Shown here one piece after another: positions 41,962 through 51,614 of a DNA stretch of 64,000 nt; position 1 is the first letter of the stretch; every line of letters starts with the position of its first letter. Below the pieces are notes generated by a model, which saw nothing but the letters and a program-made list of their open reading frames with translations, was not told the origin of the DNA and searched no databases. This DNA is from a bacterium (GTDB lineage: Bacteria; Bacteroidota; Ignavibacteria; UBA10030). The stretch lies in NCBI GenBank assembly GCA_043803945.1, contig JAZDJN010000032.1, positions 1 to 64,000 on the forward strand, written 5' to 3'. A program made the position numbers and the translations under genes.

Positions 41962-43197
41962 CTAACGCTGAGTCCCGACGCTCAGCCCTGCTTTGATCGC
42001 TGCAACTGCTCCACGATTTCCTCTGATGCCGCTCCAATTGTAGATGCACATATAACGGCATTTTGGATCCGATAACGTTCGAGTGATTGCTACGTGCCAT
42101 GCCTCTTCGTCCTCTGTCCCCATGAGCATCCACTCCACGGCGCCCCAGAAAGAGGCGTCGCTCTTCTGCAGAACCCTCTGTACACCTCTATCTTGTGAAG
42201 GGTCAGCTGCATGTCTGTAGAAGCTCCATCCGGGACAGGCGAATGTGTTGAGCGCGGCGTCGTAGAGCAACTCCTCCTCTTTCCAACCACCAACATGCGT
42301 AAACAACTTCTCCCGCGGCACACCGAGCTCTGCTGCCAGAGCACACAGGTCGTCGAGGTGGCGCCGGACGATTTCAGCCAAGTCTTTTTCCTGTAGGGCT
42401 CCACTCTTCGACAAACCGGCCGTCGTGACGGCTGCATAGCCACTCGCGACTACTCCGCGACCCGGTACCTGATCGGCCTTCAGTTCCTTCTGAGGATCCT
42501 CATTCTCAGGTCGGTCGAGAAGATCGTTCCCATTCGGATAGTAGAATGCGTTCACTCCAATTGAACTTTCCCATCCGAGTTTGATGCCGATGAGCAATGA
42601 TTTCTTCTCATCAGGCAACTGCTTCCACCACTCAAGGACCAGGGGAATGAGAACTCGCATCTCATCATGACAGGCTTGGCGGTAGGGGGGACTCATAAGA
42701 TTCGGGGGCGGGAGGACCCGGATCTGTCTTCCCCAATTCCGCCATGCTATTTTCATCGCGTGCTCAGGACCCCAACCCGTCCACTCCACATTCCACTGGT
42801 TCCGGGGATTGTAGCCATCACGCCCGGGATCCCACCAGTTCCAGAGGTCGGGGCGGGCTTCCCACCATTGTTCACCGTCAAGCTGCACGACTACCGGGAT
42901 GTCGTATTGTTGCGCAAGAGAGAGAAATTCGAGTACGCGGGACTTGCATCGGTCACTGGGCTCATTCAGATATGAGAAAATTGCTCCAATACCTAAGCGA
43001 ACATGAGCGGAACTCTTCGGGCTCTGAAGCTGTCGAACCTGTTCAAATACCTCCTCGTATTGTTCGCCCGGTATGATATTGACAACAAGGTACTGTTGTC
43101 TTGCGACGGCATCGCGTTGAACCGATAATAGGAAGAAAAGAATAACGAGTGCGGTCAGAACACCGTGTCTCCATTGTTGACGGGTCATAGGCGTCAA
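41962..43197 (-). CDS. Secreted hypothetical protein, possible TIM-barrel glycoside hydrolase
   Basis: Signal/TM segment; Trp-rich; IGIKLGWE and WGAVEW resemble clan GH-A beta4/beta7 glutamates. Confidence 0.6.
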   Translation of the reverse strand: MTPMTRQQWRHGVLTALVILFFLLSVQRDAVARQQYLVVNIIPGEQYEEVFEQVRQLQSPKSSAHVRLGIGAIFSYLNEPSDRCKSRVLEFLSLAQQYDIPVVVQLDGEQWWEARPDLWNWWDPGRDGYNPRNQWNVEWTGWGPEHAMKIAWRNWGRQIRVLPPPNLMSPPYRQACHDEMRVLIPLVLEWWKQLPDEKKSLLIGIKLGWESSIGVNAFYYPNGNDLLDRPENEDPQKELKADQVPGRGVVASGYAAVTTAGLSKSGALQEKDLAEIVRRHLDDLCALAAELGVPREKLFTHVGGWKEEELLYDAALNTFACPGWSFYRHAADPSQDRGVQRVLQKSDASFWGAVEWMLMGTEDEEAWHVAITRTLSDPKCRYMCIYNWSGIRGNRGAVAAIKAGLSVGTQR

Positions 43198-43365
43198 TGA
43201 ATTTTGTGTGATTTGAAGATCGTATTCACAAGTCCGATACTCGATTTCATCCTTCTCAAAAGGATTAAGTAAATCGTCATAATCTATTGACTCTTAGCGC
43301 GTACCCTAGTATAACTATATGGAGAGGAAGAGTCAAATGACTTGCAGGGGGGCGAAGAAAAGCGG

Positions 43366-43592
43366 TGTCGCTCTTCAAAAGTCCATTCGCACCATGACCG
43401 CATAATGAACCATCCAATCAATATTTCCAGCTGGAGTTGAGTTCTTGATTTGAAGAATCCGAGATAGAACGATAGGAGTGATCTAATCATTTGTGCTTTT
43501 CCTCTTTGCCATGATAGTTGACATAGAACAAAAGGATCGATATCAATGAAATTCACTATTTTTGTATGCGGATGGAGTTTTGACGAGGCACA
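43366..43592 (-). mobile_element. 227-bp MITE-like derivative of the same IS, copy 5
   Basis: tgtcgctcttcaaaagtccattcg ... cggatggagttttgacgaggcaca, with only the first ~23 transposase codons inside. Confidence 0.85.
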
Positions 43593-43802
43593 GAGGATTC
43601 TGAATACCCTATTAAAGGAATACCGAAACATAGATAAGAATAGTCACAGCTCAGATATCAATTTTCATATTCTGAATTCACTACGTCCATAAAAAATAGT
43701 TACTCTAATATTCAAAGAACAAATTCGCATTACATTCCGCTTCCCAATCAAATGGCTTCTTGTTTCTCTCAGTCTGCTCATTTCGAGAACTAAAAAATTA
43801 AC

Positions 43803-43859
43803 TTGACAATGAAATAGAAATGGTTTAAAATGTAACCGGTTACATTGTAACCGGTTACA
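43803..43859 (+). promoter_or_regulatory. Sigma70 promoter with two tandem perfect LacI-type operators
   Basis: TTGACA(43803)-N17-TAAAAT; TGTAACCGGTTACA at 43831-43844 and 43846-43859. Confidence 0.9.
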
Positions 43860-43893
43860 TTTCACTCCTGAGACTCGTACCTTGAGCCCTATT

Positions 43894-44910
43894 ATGAAGA
43901 TGAGAGAAAAAATCACAATTCATGAAGTTGCGAGAAAAGCTGGTGTCTCCGTAGCAACTGTCTCTCGTGTCTATAATAATAGTAATCTGGTGACTGAACC
44001 GACAAAGGAACTTGTCCGTCAGGTTGCAGCAAAGTTACGATACACACCAAGTGTGTCTGCACGAAATCTTAGCAAGAGAAGCACGGAGACGATTGGTCTC
44101 CTTCTCCCCGATATGCATGGCGAATTCTTCTCTGAGATCATTCGTGGCGCTGATAGTGTTGCACGTGAGTACCAATACCATCTGCTGGTGTCTAGTTCCC
44201 ATAGCAATAAAGAAGAGCTCTTTTCCGCAATTCGGACGATGGATGGACGCGTCGATGGACTTGCTATTATGTCTCCACATCTTGATGGTGAAATTCTAAA
44301 TCATCATGCACTTCAAGTAATACCAACCGTAGTTATGAGTGCGTCAAAACAAGTTGCACTGCATGATACCGTTAAAGTCGATAATCTCGGTGGAGCAAAG
44401 CAGGTCATAAAACATCTCCTTGAAAAGGGGCATCGGAAGATCGCCCTGATTAAGGGTGAATCTGGGAATGAAGATTCTGAAGAACGATTTATTGGTTGCC
44501 TGAAAACCATGAAAGGTGCAGGATTGACATTCATTAAGGAGTACATTCTTGATGGAGATTTCACTGACACAAGTGGTTATACGGTTGCTGCAGATCTCCT
44601 GAAGAGAAGGGAACGGCCTACCGCTATATTTGCCTTCAATGATGAAATGGCAATCGGAGTGTTGCGACTCTTGAGAGAAAAAGGTTTGAAAGTCCCAGCA
44701 GATATAGCGGTTGCCGGTTTTGATGATATCCAAATCTCCAAATTGATCCATCCTTCTCTAACAACGGTCCATGTCAATATCAGCGAACTTGGTTCCAGGT
44801 CGATTAAACTTATCCTGAAGAAATTAAACTCTGAAAAAGAGCGAGAAAAACATTTACACCTTCTCCTCCCAGCATACCTAATTGTCAGAGACTCGACGAG
44901 AAAACAGTAA
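43894..44910 (+). CDS. LacI-family transcriptional regulator
   Basis: TIHEVARKAGVSVATVSRV, L.YTPS.SARNL, PTAIFAFNDEMAIG, VP.DIAVAGFDD, PSLTTV. Confidence 0.96.
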   Translation: MKMREKITIHEVARKAGVSVATVSRVYNNSNLVTEPTKELVRQVAAKLRYTPSVSARNLSKRSTETIGLLLPDMHGEFFSEIIRGADSVAREYQYHLLVSSSHSNKEELFSAIRTMDGRVDGLAIMSPHLDGEILNHHALQVIPTVVMSASKQVALHDTVKVDNLGGAKQVIKHLLEKGHRKIALIKGESGNEDSEERFIGCLKTMKGAGLTFIKEYILDGDFTDTSGYTVAADLLKRRERPTAIFAFNDEMAIGVLRLLREKGLKVPADIAVAGFDDIQISKLIHPSLTTVHVNISELGSRSIKLILKKLNSEKEREKHLHLLLPAYLIVRDSTRKQ

Positions 44911-44994
44911 GGAATGTTTTGAAGTGTTTAAGGTTGCTCGTACGTTTTCGAATCAAATATTTCTTTTTCAATTCACACTTAATAGGAGGAAGCA

Positions 44995-46812
44995 ATGAAA
45001 AATTTCGTGCTAGTTGTTTTTTTTCTTGCCTTAATTCTTGCAGGGACAACAACTCTCCTTGCACAAACGGTGTGGGACGATCCACTATCGTTGACGGTAA
45101 AGAATGCAACGGGAGCTGTCACCTTAGACGGCAAGCTCGATGAGTCGGATTGGGCGGGTGCACCGACGCTGGTATTTGGGATGGGAGCGCATTTGAAGAA
45201 GCTGGTTGGTGAGTACACGGTGACGAGCAGCGCTGATGTGAAGAATGGGTTCGACGATGCGGGAGTGAAGTATTACATACCGCATAAGGACAGCACGGTG
45301 ACGAGGGTGAAGTTTTTACGGAAGGGGACGAATCTGTATATCGGCATCCAATCGAATGACAAGTCGATCTGCAAGTTTGATTGGGAAGGCGATGGCATGT
45401 TCATGAAGATCAAGACGTTGGCCGGACAGGAGAAAGAGTATAAGCTGTATTGGCAGAACATCGAGGCGAACAAGGATACGATACGGTATGAGGAAGGAGT
45501 CGCCGGATCAGGAGATGGGAAGGGATACCTGTTGACCGGCAGCACGGTGAACGACACGGCAAATACAGACAACGGATATACAGCGGAGATGGTGTTACAG
45601 TTGGACAAGTTGGGGTATGCGTCGACGTTGACGAGCGTTCAGTTGCTTATCAACATATTTGATCCGGATGGATTCAAGCATCCGATGAGCTCGTGGCATC
45701 ACACGATAGGGTCGTTTTACAAGTCGTGGTGGGGGAGTGAATGGGGAGGAACGATGAGAACACTGAACTTCACAGCGGAGCCCTTTGATGATCCACCCTC
45801 ATTGACGGTGAAGAATGCGACGGGCGGTGTTACGCTTGATGGGAAGTTAGACGAATCGGATTGGACGGGTGCGCCGACGCTGGTATTTGGGATGGGAGCA
45901 CATTTGAAGAAGCTGGCTGGTGAATACACGGTGACGAGCGGCGCTGATGTGAAGAATGGGTTCGACGATGCGGGAGTGAAGTATTACGTACCGCATAAGG
46001 ACAGCACGGTGACGAGGGTGAAGTTTTTACGGAAGGGGACGAACCTGTATATCGGTATCCAATCGAATGATAAGTCGATCTGCAAGTTTGATTGGGAAGG
46101 CGATGGCATGTTCATGAAGATTAAGACGTTGGCCGGGCAGGAGAAGGAGTATAAGCTGTACTGGCAGAACATCGAGGCGAACAAGGATACGATGCGGTAT
46201 GAGGAAGGAGTTGCCGGATCGGGAGATGGGAAGGGCTTTCTGCTGACCGGCAGTACGGTGAACGACACGACAAATGTGGACAATGGATATACTGCTGAGC
46301 TGATGCTCCAGCTCGATAAGCTTGGCTATGCCACATCGTCAACGACAGCCCAGGTATCGATTGACATATTTGATCCGGATGGATTCAAGCATCCGATGAG
46401 TTCGTGGCATCACACGATAGGGTCGTTTTACAAGTCGTGGTGGGGAAGTGAGTGGGGAAGTGCGTATCGGACACTACTCCTCAATAATACCACAGATGTT
46501 CGAGATGAGGTCGCCCTGATCCCGGACGTCTTCTCGCTCTCCCAGAACTATCCAAATCCGTTCAATCCTAGCACAACGATACAGTATGGCATTCCCGAAC
46601 GGAGTACTGTGGCATTGAAAGTCCATGATGTTATTGGTCGTGAGATTGCTACGTTGGTGAATGAAGAACTTCCTGCAGGGACACACCGCATAACGTTCAA
46701 TGCATCTACGTTAGCCAGTGGATTCTATTTCTATCGGCTGGTAGCAACTCCTAGAAGCTCTCCGCAGAAGGAACCGTTTATTACTGTAAAGAAATTATTA
46801 CTCATCAAATGA
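44995..46812 (+). CDS. Secreted protein with two near-identical CBM9-like domains and a T9SS-type C-terminal sorting domain
   Basis: Signal peptide (LLA-Q); VTLDGKLDESDW and GYTAE motifs in each 237-aa repeat; LSQNYPNPFNPSTTI...LASGFYFYRL...KKLLLIK tail. Confidence 0.8.
   Translation: MKNFVLVVFFLALILAGTTTLLAQTVWDDPLSLTVKNATGAVTLDGKLDESDWAGAPTLVFGMGAHLKKLVGEYTVTSSADVKNGFDDAGVKYYIPHKDSTVTRVKFLRKGTNLYIGIQSNDKSICKFDWEGDGMFMKIKTLAGQEKEYKLYWQNIEANKDTIRYEEGVAGSGDGKGYLLTGSTVNDTANTDNGYTAEMVLQLDKLGYASTLTSVQLLINIFDPDGFKHPMSSWHHTIGSFYKSWWGSEWGGTMRTLNFTAEPFDDPPSLTVKNATGGVTLDGKLDESDWTGAPTLVFGMGAHLKKLAGEYTVTSGADVKNGFDDAGVKYYVPHKDSTVTRVKFLRKGTNLYIGIQSNDKSICKFDWEGDGMFMKIKTLAGQEKEYKLYWQNIEANKDTMRYEEGVAGSGDGKGFLLTGSTVNDTTNVDNGYTAELMLQLDKLGYATSSTTAQVSIDIFDPDGFKHPMSSWHHTIGSFYKSWWGSEWGSAYRTLLLNNTTDVRDEVALIPDVFSLSQNYPNPFNPSTTIQYGIPERSTVALKVHDVIGREIATLVNEELPAGTHRITFNASTLASGFYFYRLVATPRSSPQKEPFITVKKLLLIK
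45076..46480 (+). repeat. Intragenic tandem duplication, period 711 bp
   Basis: Units start at 45076 and 45787 and share long identical nucleotide runs. Confidence 0.95.
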
Positions 46813-46824
46813 TGGTATCGTATT

Positions 46825-46858
46825 GAGCTGCAGAATGGGATTTTTCATTCTGCAGCTC
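46825..46858. terminator. Intergenic hairpin (weak terminator or mRNA stabiliser)
   Basis: gagctgcagaatg-N8-cattctgcagctc, 13-bp perfect stem, no clear T-run. Confidence 0.55.
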
Positions 46859-46944
46859 TCATATTTAATGGAATGGTTCTTGTGAAGAGTGCAGTTGTTT
46901 CATCGGATATCACTCTTAATTCTTGAAAGGAGGCCACCCATCTT

Positions 46945-48867
46945 ATGAGGCCCTGGAATATCCTTTTTTCGATACTAATCGTATGCATTTTGACTGTAGG
47001 TGTCACTCGAGGACAAATGATGAAGAGAACCGATGCCCTCTGGGCTCGAGTCGTTCCTGCTGGAACAGTGACTGTTGACGGCAAACTCACTGAATCTGCG
47101 TGGGCGAAGGCCGAGTCTACCGTGATCCGGTATGATCCATCTAACTCAAATAATATCCCCGGGAGCGGATGGAAGTCGGAGCGGTCAGGTGGAAGCTGGA
47201 ACGGAACGGTGACCGATCCAACAAGGGCTGTCATCAAGTTCTTAATACAAGGCGATGAGTTGATCCTTGGAGTCTTTGTCTCCGACAGTTCTGTCGGTGG
47301 AGGATTGTTCAATGAATGCGATGGTCTCTTGATGAACTTGCGTGACCATGCCTCGCCAAACCTTCCCGCCCCTCCCTTTGAATACGGTTATGCTTGGGTC
47401 ACAGAAACGTGGGGGGATCCAAACGCTGGTAATGTGAATGCCAGTCCGATTTATTTTGGCCCGGTGAAATCCGACCGGTCGATCTATACCGGAGCAACCC
47501 AGGTGCTGGGAGTTTCGAATGATGACAAAAACGGCGGGACAAGTATCACTGCAGATCAAGGTTACACCATGGAAATTCGTTTCAATTTGCCGGCGAGAGG
47601 TTACAACGTCAATAAGCCAGGTGGTGAGATCATTGAGTTCACCCTCTCGGTCTATGATGCAGATTGGCAGTGGCCATATAACGATTCGAAGTTTTACGGA
47701 AATCGGGTCTGGTGGCAAGGACAGTGGGGAAATAGTGATACCTGGAATGTTGGAAGGATCTACGTACGTCAGGATGTTACAATATCGACAACTTCTCTGC
47801 CGGTGATTGGTCCTGATCTGATAATCCCCAATGGAAAAAATCATCCGGCACCAACCATCGATGGGAACCTGACAGAAGGTGTGTGGAAAAAAGCATCAAG
47901 TTTTCGCATTACCTTCAATGATAGCACACTGAGAAAATCCTATCCAGGTGTTGGTCCATGGAGGAGCGGACAAACCCAACCGGTGTTGACCGGTGCCATA
48001 GGAACACCCCCGGTATTAGATCCTGGAGATGCCGTTTTCAAGTACTTCTTCATTGCAGATACCCTGTACTTAGGTATAGATGTGAACGATCAGGTTGTCA
48101 CTTCGATTGAAGATTATGATCGGTGGGATGCCGTGCGTCTGATGATCAGTTCTCGCGACTCGCTTGAAAAAATTGATCACGTCCTCCTCACACGGATGTT
48201 AACGGTTCGGTTTGACAACATGGGGAAAATACAGCTCCGAGATTATCTCCAATACCTCGATTCTCTCAAGTATGCTCGTGCAGCATTGAAGATGAAATCT
48301 GGAACGACTATTAATGATCCAACGGATGCCGATGCAGGATACACTATCGAGATGGCCATTGCCCTCTCGCCGTTTGGCTATCCGGCTGGCCGGGGTGATG
48401 GTGTGCTCTTCCTTGGCGCAACGTTGATGGATGGGGATAAATTCTCGAATGCTGCCGATGATTATGGTACGCGTGCATGGTTCATGCGTGAACATGACCG
48501 GAGTTCTGCACCAGCCTGGTGCTATATGGATCCTAACTCTGTCATCACGTCTGTCGTTGAAGAAACCTCGGTATCACCAGTGCGAGAATTCAGATTACTG
48601 GGAAATTATCCGAATCCGTTTAATCCGTCCACTACTATTCTCTATGAAATTCCAGATGAAGGTCTAGTAACACTCATAATATACGATGCTCTCGGGCGAA
48701 TAGTGGAAAAGTCAAACGCAGGATATCAGAACACGGGTACACACTCTCTCCTGTTTCACGGCCAAGCACTAAGCTCTGGTATCTACTTCTATCACCTTGA
48801 GCTGCAGAATGTACGATCGACGACTTTAGTGCGTACCTCTCCCGGTAAAATGATTCTTGTAAAATAA
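46945..48867 (+). CDS. Secreted protein with two divergent CBM9-like domains and a T9SS-type tail
   Basis: Signal peptide (TRG-Q); VTVDGKLTESAW / PTIDGNLTEGVW and GYTMEI / GYTIEM; LLGNYPNPFNPST...LSSGIYFY...KMILVK. Confidence 0.78.
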   Translation: MRPWNILFSILIVCILTVGVTRGQMMKRTDALWARVVPAGTVTVDGKLTESAWAKAESTVIRYDPSNSNNIPGSGWKSERSGGSWNGTVTDPTRAVIKFLIQGDELILGVFVSDSSVGGGLFNECDGLLMNLRDHASPNLPAPPFEYGYAWVTETWGDPNAGNVNASPIYFGPVKSDRSIYTGATQVLGVSNDDKNGGTSITADQGYTMEIRFNLPARGYNVNKPGGEIIEFTLSVYDADWQWPYNDSKFYGNRVWWQGQWGNSDTWNVGRIYVRQDVTISTTSLPVIGPDLIIPNGKNHPAPTIDGNLTEGVWKKASSFRITFNDSTLRKSYPGVGPWRSGQTQPVLTGAIGTPPVLDPGDAVFKYFFIADTLYLGIDVNDQVVTSIEDYDRWDAVRLMISSRDSLEKIDHVLLTRMLTVRFDNMGKIQLRDYLQYLDSLKYARAALKMKSGTTINDPTDADAGYTIEMAIALSPFGYPAGRGDGVLFLGATLMDGDKFSNAADDYGTRAWFMREHDRSSAPAWCYMDPNSVITSVVEETSVSPVREFRLLGNYPNPFNPSTTILYEIPDEGLVTLIIYDALGRIVEKSNAGYQNTGTHSLLFHGQALSSGIYFYHLELQNVRSTTLVRTSPGKMILVK

Positions 48868-48875
48868 GCGAGCAG

Positions 48876-48904
48876 CCGGAGGAGTTCCTTTCAACGTCCT
48901 CCGG
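48876..48904 (+). terminator. Intergenic hairpin
   Basis: ccggaggagtt-cctttc-aacgtcctccgg followed by T-rich sequence. Confidence 0.5.
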
Positions 48905-48938
48905 TTCTTGATCCATTTTTCATTTTTTTGAATAGCCT

Positions 48939-51614
48939 ATGAAGAGTGCTTTGAGGTCTGAATCACGCTCCTTTTCGTTCCAGTTCCCAATTGTATTACT
49001 CTTTTCTCTAGTACTTGGTCTGACTCCACTACAAGCAGACACGAAAGGGAAATTGGCAGGAAAAGTCGTTGATAAAAAAAATGAACCTCTTATCGGAGTG
49101 AATATCCTCCTGGTGGGGACAACTCTGGGAAGCGTCACTGATCTTGAGGGGAACTATGTCATCCTGAACATTCCCCCGGCACTCTATCAGGTACGGGTAA
49201 GCAGCATTGGTTATAGCCCACAGGTTGTGAGCGAAGTGCGCATCTCAGCAGGTCAAACAACCACGATTAATGTAACACTCTCTGAACAAGCTGTCACATT
49301 GGAGGAGGTGGTTGTCAAGGCAGAAAAACCGATCGTCGATGTACGACAAACGAGCTCTGTTGCGATCCTCGGTAAGGACCAGATTGCAGTTCTTCCTGTA
49401 CAAGACCTGAACGATATTGTAAACCTTCAGGCGGGTGTCGTCGATGGACACTTTCGTGGGGGGCGTCTGGGTGAAGTGCAATATCAGGTTGATGGAGTTT
49501 CTGTGAATAATCCGTTTGATAATTCCTCCAGCGTAAAACTCGACAGATCGGTGCTCCAGGAGGTCCAGATCATCAGCGGGACGTTTGATGCTGAGTATGG
49601 ACAGGCAATGAGTGGTGTTGTGAACGCCATCTTGAAGAGCGGTTCGGAGGATGCGTTTGAGTGGAATGTGGAACTTTACAGCGGCGATTATATCAACTCT
49701 GGCAAGACAGAGCGATTCCCGTTTATTAACCGGATTGATCCTCTGGCTATTCAGAGCTATCAAATCAGTCTAAGTGGGCCAACAGGATTAGAGAAGACTA
49801 CTTTTCTTGTAGGTGGCCGATATTTCAATAATGCGGGATGTCTCTTTGGTGAACGACGGTTTGTGCCAGGCGATGTGAATGATTTTCAGAGTTATCGATT
49901 CCACCCGACGGGAGATGGAAAACAGGTTTCCATGGGTGATGCTGAAGAGCTCTCCGGACAATTAAAAATTTCCAATCGCTCACTCGCTGGAATTCAATTA
50001 GGTTATCAAGCGATCGGCAATGTGATCAAATCCCAATTCTATTCCCACGCTTTTCGCTTCAATCCCGATGGCGCAAAGAAGCAGCGAAGTGTCTCACTGA
50101 GCCATGGCATTGACGCCACGCATTCCCTATCGAACACATTGTTTTATACTGTGAGCCTGCGTCAAAACTACTATCGCTATACGGATTTTGTCTATGAGGA
50201 TTTGTTCGATCCACGTTATGTGCAGTATGGTTTTCCCAAGGGAGATCGGAATTACGAAGTAGGTGCTTACGTTCAGGGAGTCGATCTGAGCAGATTCAAG
50301 CAGGAAACCTCTTCTTGGATTCTGAAAGCCTCCTTAACAAACCAAATTCAACGCTATCATCTCTTGAAAGCGGGTGCTGAATTTCAGATTTCGAAGATCA
50401 TCTTTGGTCCACCTGGGTCATTGGTGCCGACAACTGTGAATGGTGTCCAGGTCCTCGTGCCGATTATCGACAGTCCTGATTATCCGGGATTGAGATCGTA
50501 TCATCCTCTAATGGGCTCGGCCTTTATTCAGGATCGGATTGAGTTGGAGGATTTCCTTGTCCGGATTGGTGGGCGGCTCGAATATTTTAATGCTCGATCG
50601 GAATTGCCCGGTGATTTGCAGAATCCTGCAAATGCAATTTCCGGTGCACCTACTTCGAACCTCAGACCGATAAATCCGAAAATGATTTTTGCTCCGCGGC
50701 TTGGCATCTCCTATCCCATCACTGATCAGGGATCGATTTTCTTTTCCTATGGACATTTCTATCAGATGCCAGGTCTCGGACAGCTCTTTTCCAATTCTGA
50801 CTATACGATCTTGAAAGACTTGCAGGCAGGCAGCATCTCATTTGGCGTTATGGGTAATCCCAATCTTAAACCAGAGTTTACGACGCAATATGAAGTCGGG
50901 GTGAAGTCTCAGCTCTCTTCAAGTCTGGGATTTGATTTTAGTATCTACTATAAAGACATCCGCGACTTGCTTGGAGTGGAATTCGTCTCTACCTATACGG
51001 CTGCCGAATACGCACGCTTGACGAATGTTGACTTTGGTGAAGTCGAGGGATTCACTCTCGCAATTGATTATCGGAGTGGTGAATTGCTGAGTGCGAGTGT
51101 GGATTACAGTTACCAAATTACGACGGGGAATTCAAGCGATCCGCGCGAAACGGCGACTCGTGCTGCTGGCGGCGAAGATCCTCGCCCGCGGAAAGCTCCG
51201 TTAGCATGGGATCAACGGCATACGCTCAATGCAAATCTCATCATCTCTGAACGGGAAAATTATTCAATCACCGCTCTTGCCCGATTTGGATCGGGACAAC
51301 CCTATACACCGACGGTCTTGAGCCGGCTTGGTGCTAATCTAGAGACGAATTCAGGTCGGAAGGCGACTTTCCTGGTAGCGGATCTCCGCGCTGAAAAATC
51401 ACTTGACATCTTTGGTGTACGATGTAGTCTCTTTCTCCGGGTGTTCAACCTTTTTAATACCCACACAGTGAATGGATTTGTGTTCACGGATACGGGTAGC
51501 CCTGATTATACGCTGAATGTCGCAGGGAATGCTTCTCTGCTCCTCGATCCAAGTCGCTACTATCCACCCCGTCGTATAGAACTCGGATTTTCTATGAACA
51601 GTATTAGCCGGTGA
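48939..51614 (+). CDS. TonB-dependent receptor (non-SusC type)
   Basis: N-terminal carboxypeptidase-regulatory-like domain (GKLAGKVVD...PLIGVNI...GT..G.VTD..G.Y), plug (HFRGGR.GEV.YQVDG, GTFDAEYG.A.SGVVN), GNPNLKPE, PRRIELGF end. Confidence 0.93.
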   Translation: MKSALRSESRSFSFQFPIVLLFSLVLGLTPLQADTKGKLAGKVVDKKNEPLIGVNILLVGTTLGSVTDLEGNYVILNIPPALYQVRVSSIGYSPQVVSEVRISAGQTTTINVTLSEQAVTLEEVVVKAEKPIVDVRQTSSVAILGKDQIAVLPVQDLNDIVNLQAGVVDGHFRGGRLGEVQYQVDGVSVNNPFDNSSSVKLDRSVLQEVQIISGTFDAEYGQAMSGVVNAILKSGSEDAFEWNVELYSGDYINSGKTERFPFINRIDPLAIQSYQISLSGPTGLEKTTFLVGGRYFNNAGCLFGERRFVPGDVNDFQSYRFHPTGDGKQVSMGDAEELSGQLKISNRSLAGIQLGYQAIGNVIKSQFYSHAFRFNPDGAKKQRSVSLSHGIDATHSLSNTLFYTVSLRQNYYRYTDFVYEDLFDPRYVQYGFPKGDRNYEVGAYVQGVDLSRFKQETSSWILKASLTNQIQRYHLLKAGAEFQISKIIFGPPGSLVPTTVNGVQVLVPIIDSPDYPGLRSYHPLMGSAFIQDRIELEDFLVRIGGRLEYFNARSELPGDLQNPANAISGAPTSNLRPINPKMIFAPRLGISYPITDQGSIFFSYGHFYQMPGLGQLFSNSDYTILKDLQAGSISFGVMGNPNLKPEFTTQYEVGVKSQLSSSLGFDFSIYYKDIRDLLGVEFVSTYTAAEYARLTNVDFGEVEGFTLAIDYRSGELLSASVDYSYQITTGNSSDPRETATRAAGGEDPRPRKAPLAWDQRHTLNANLIISERENYSITALARFGSGQPYTPTVLSRLGANLETNSGRKATFLVADLRAEKSLDIFGVRCSLFLRVFNLFNTHTVNGFVFTDTGSPDYTLNVAGNASLLLDPSRYYPPRRIELGFSMNSISR

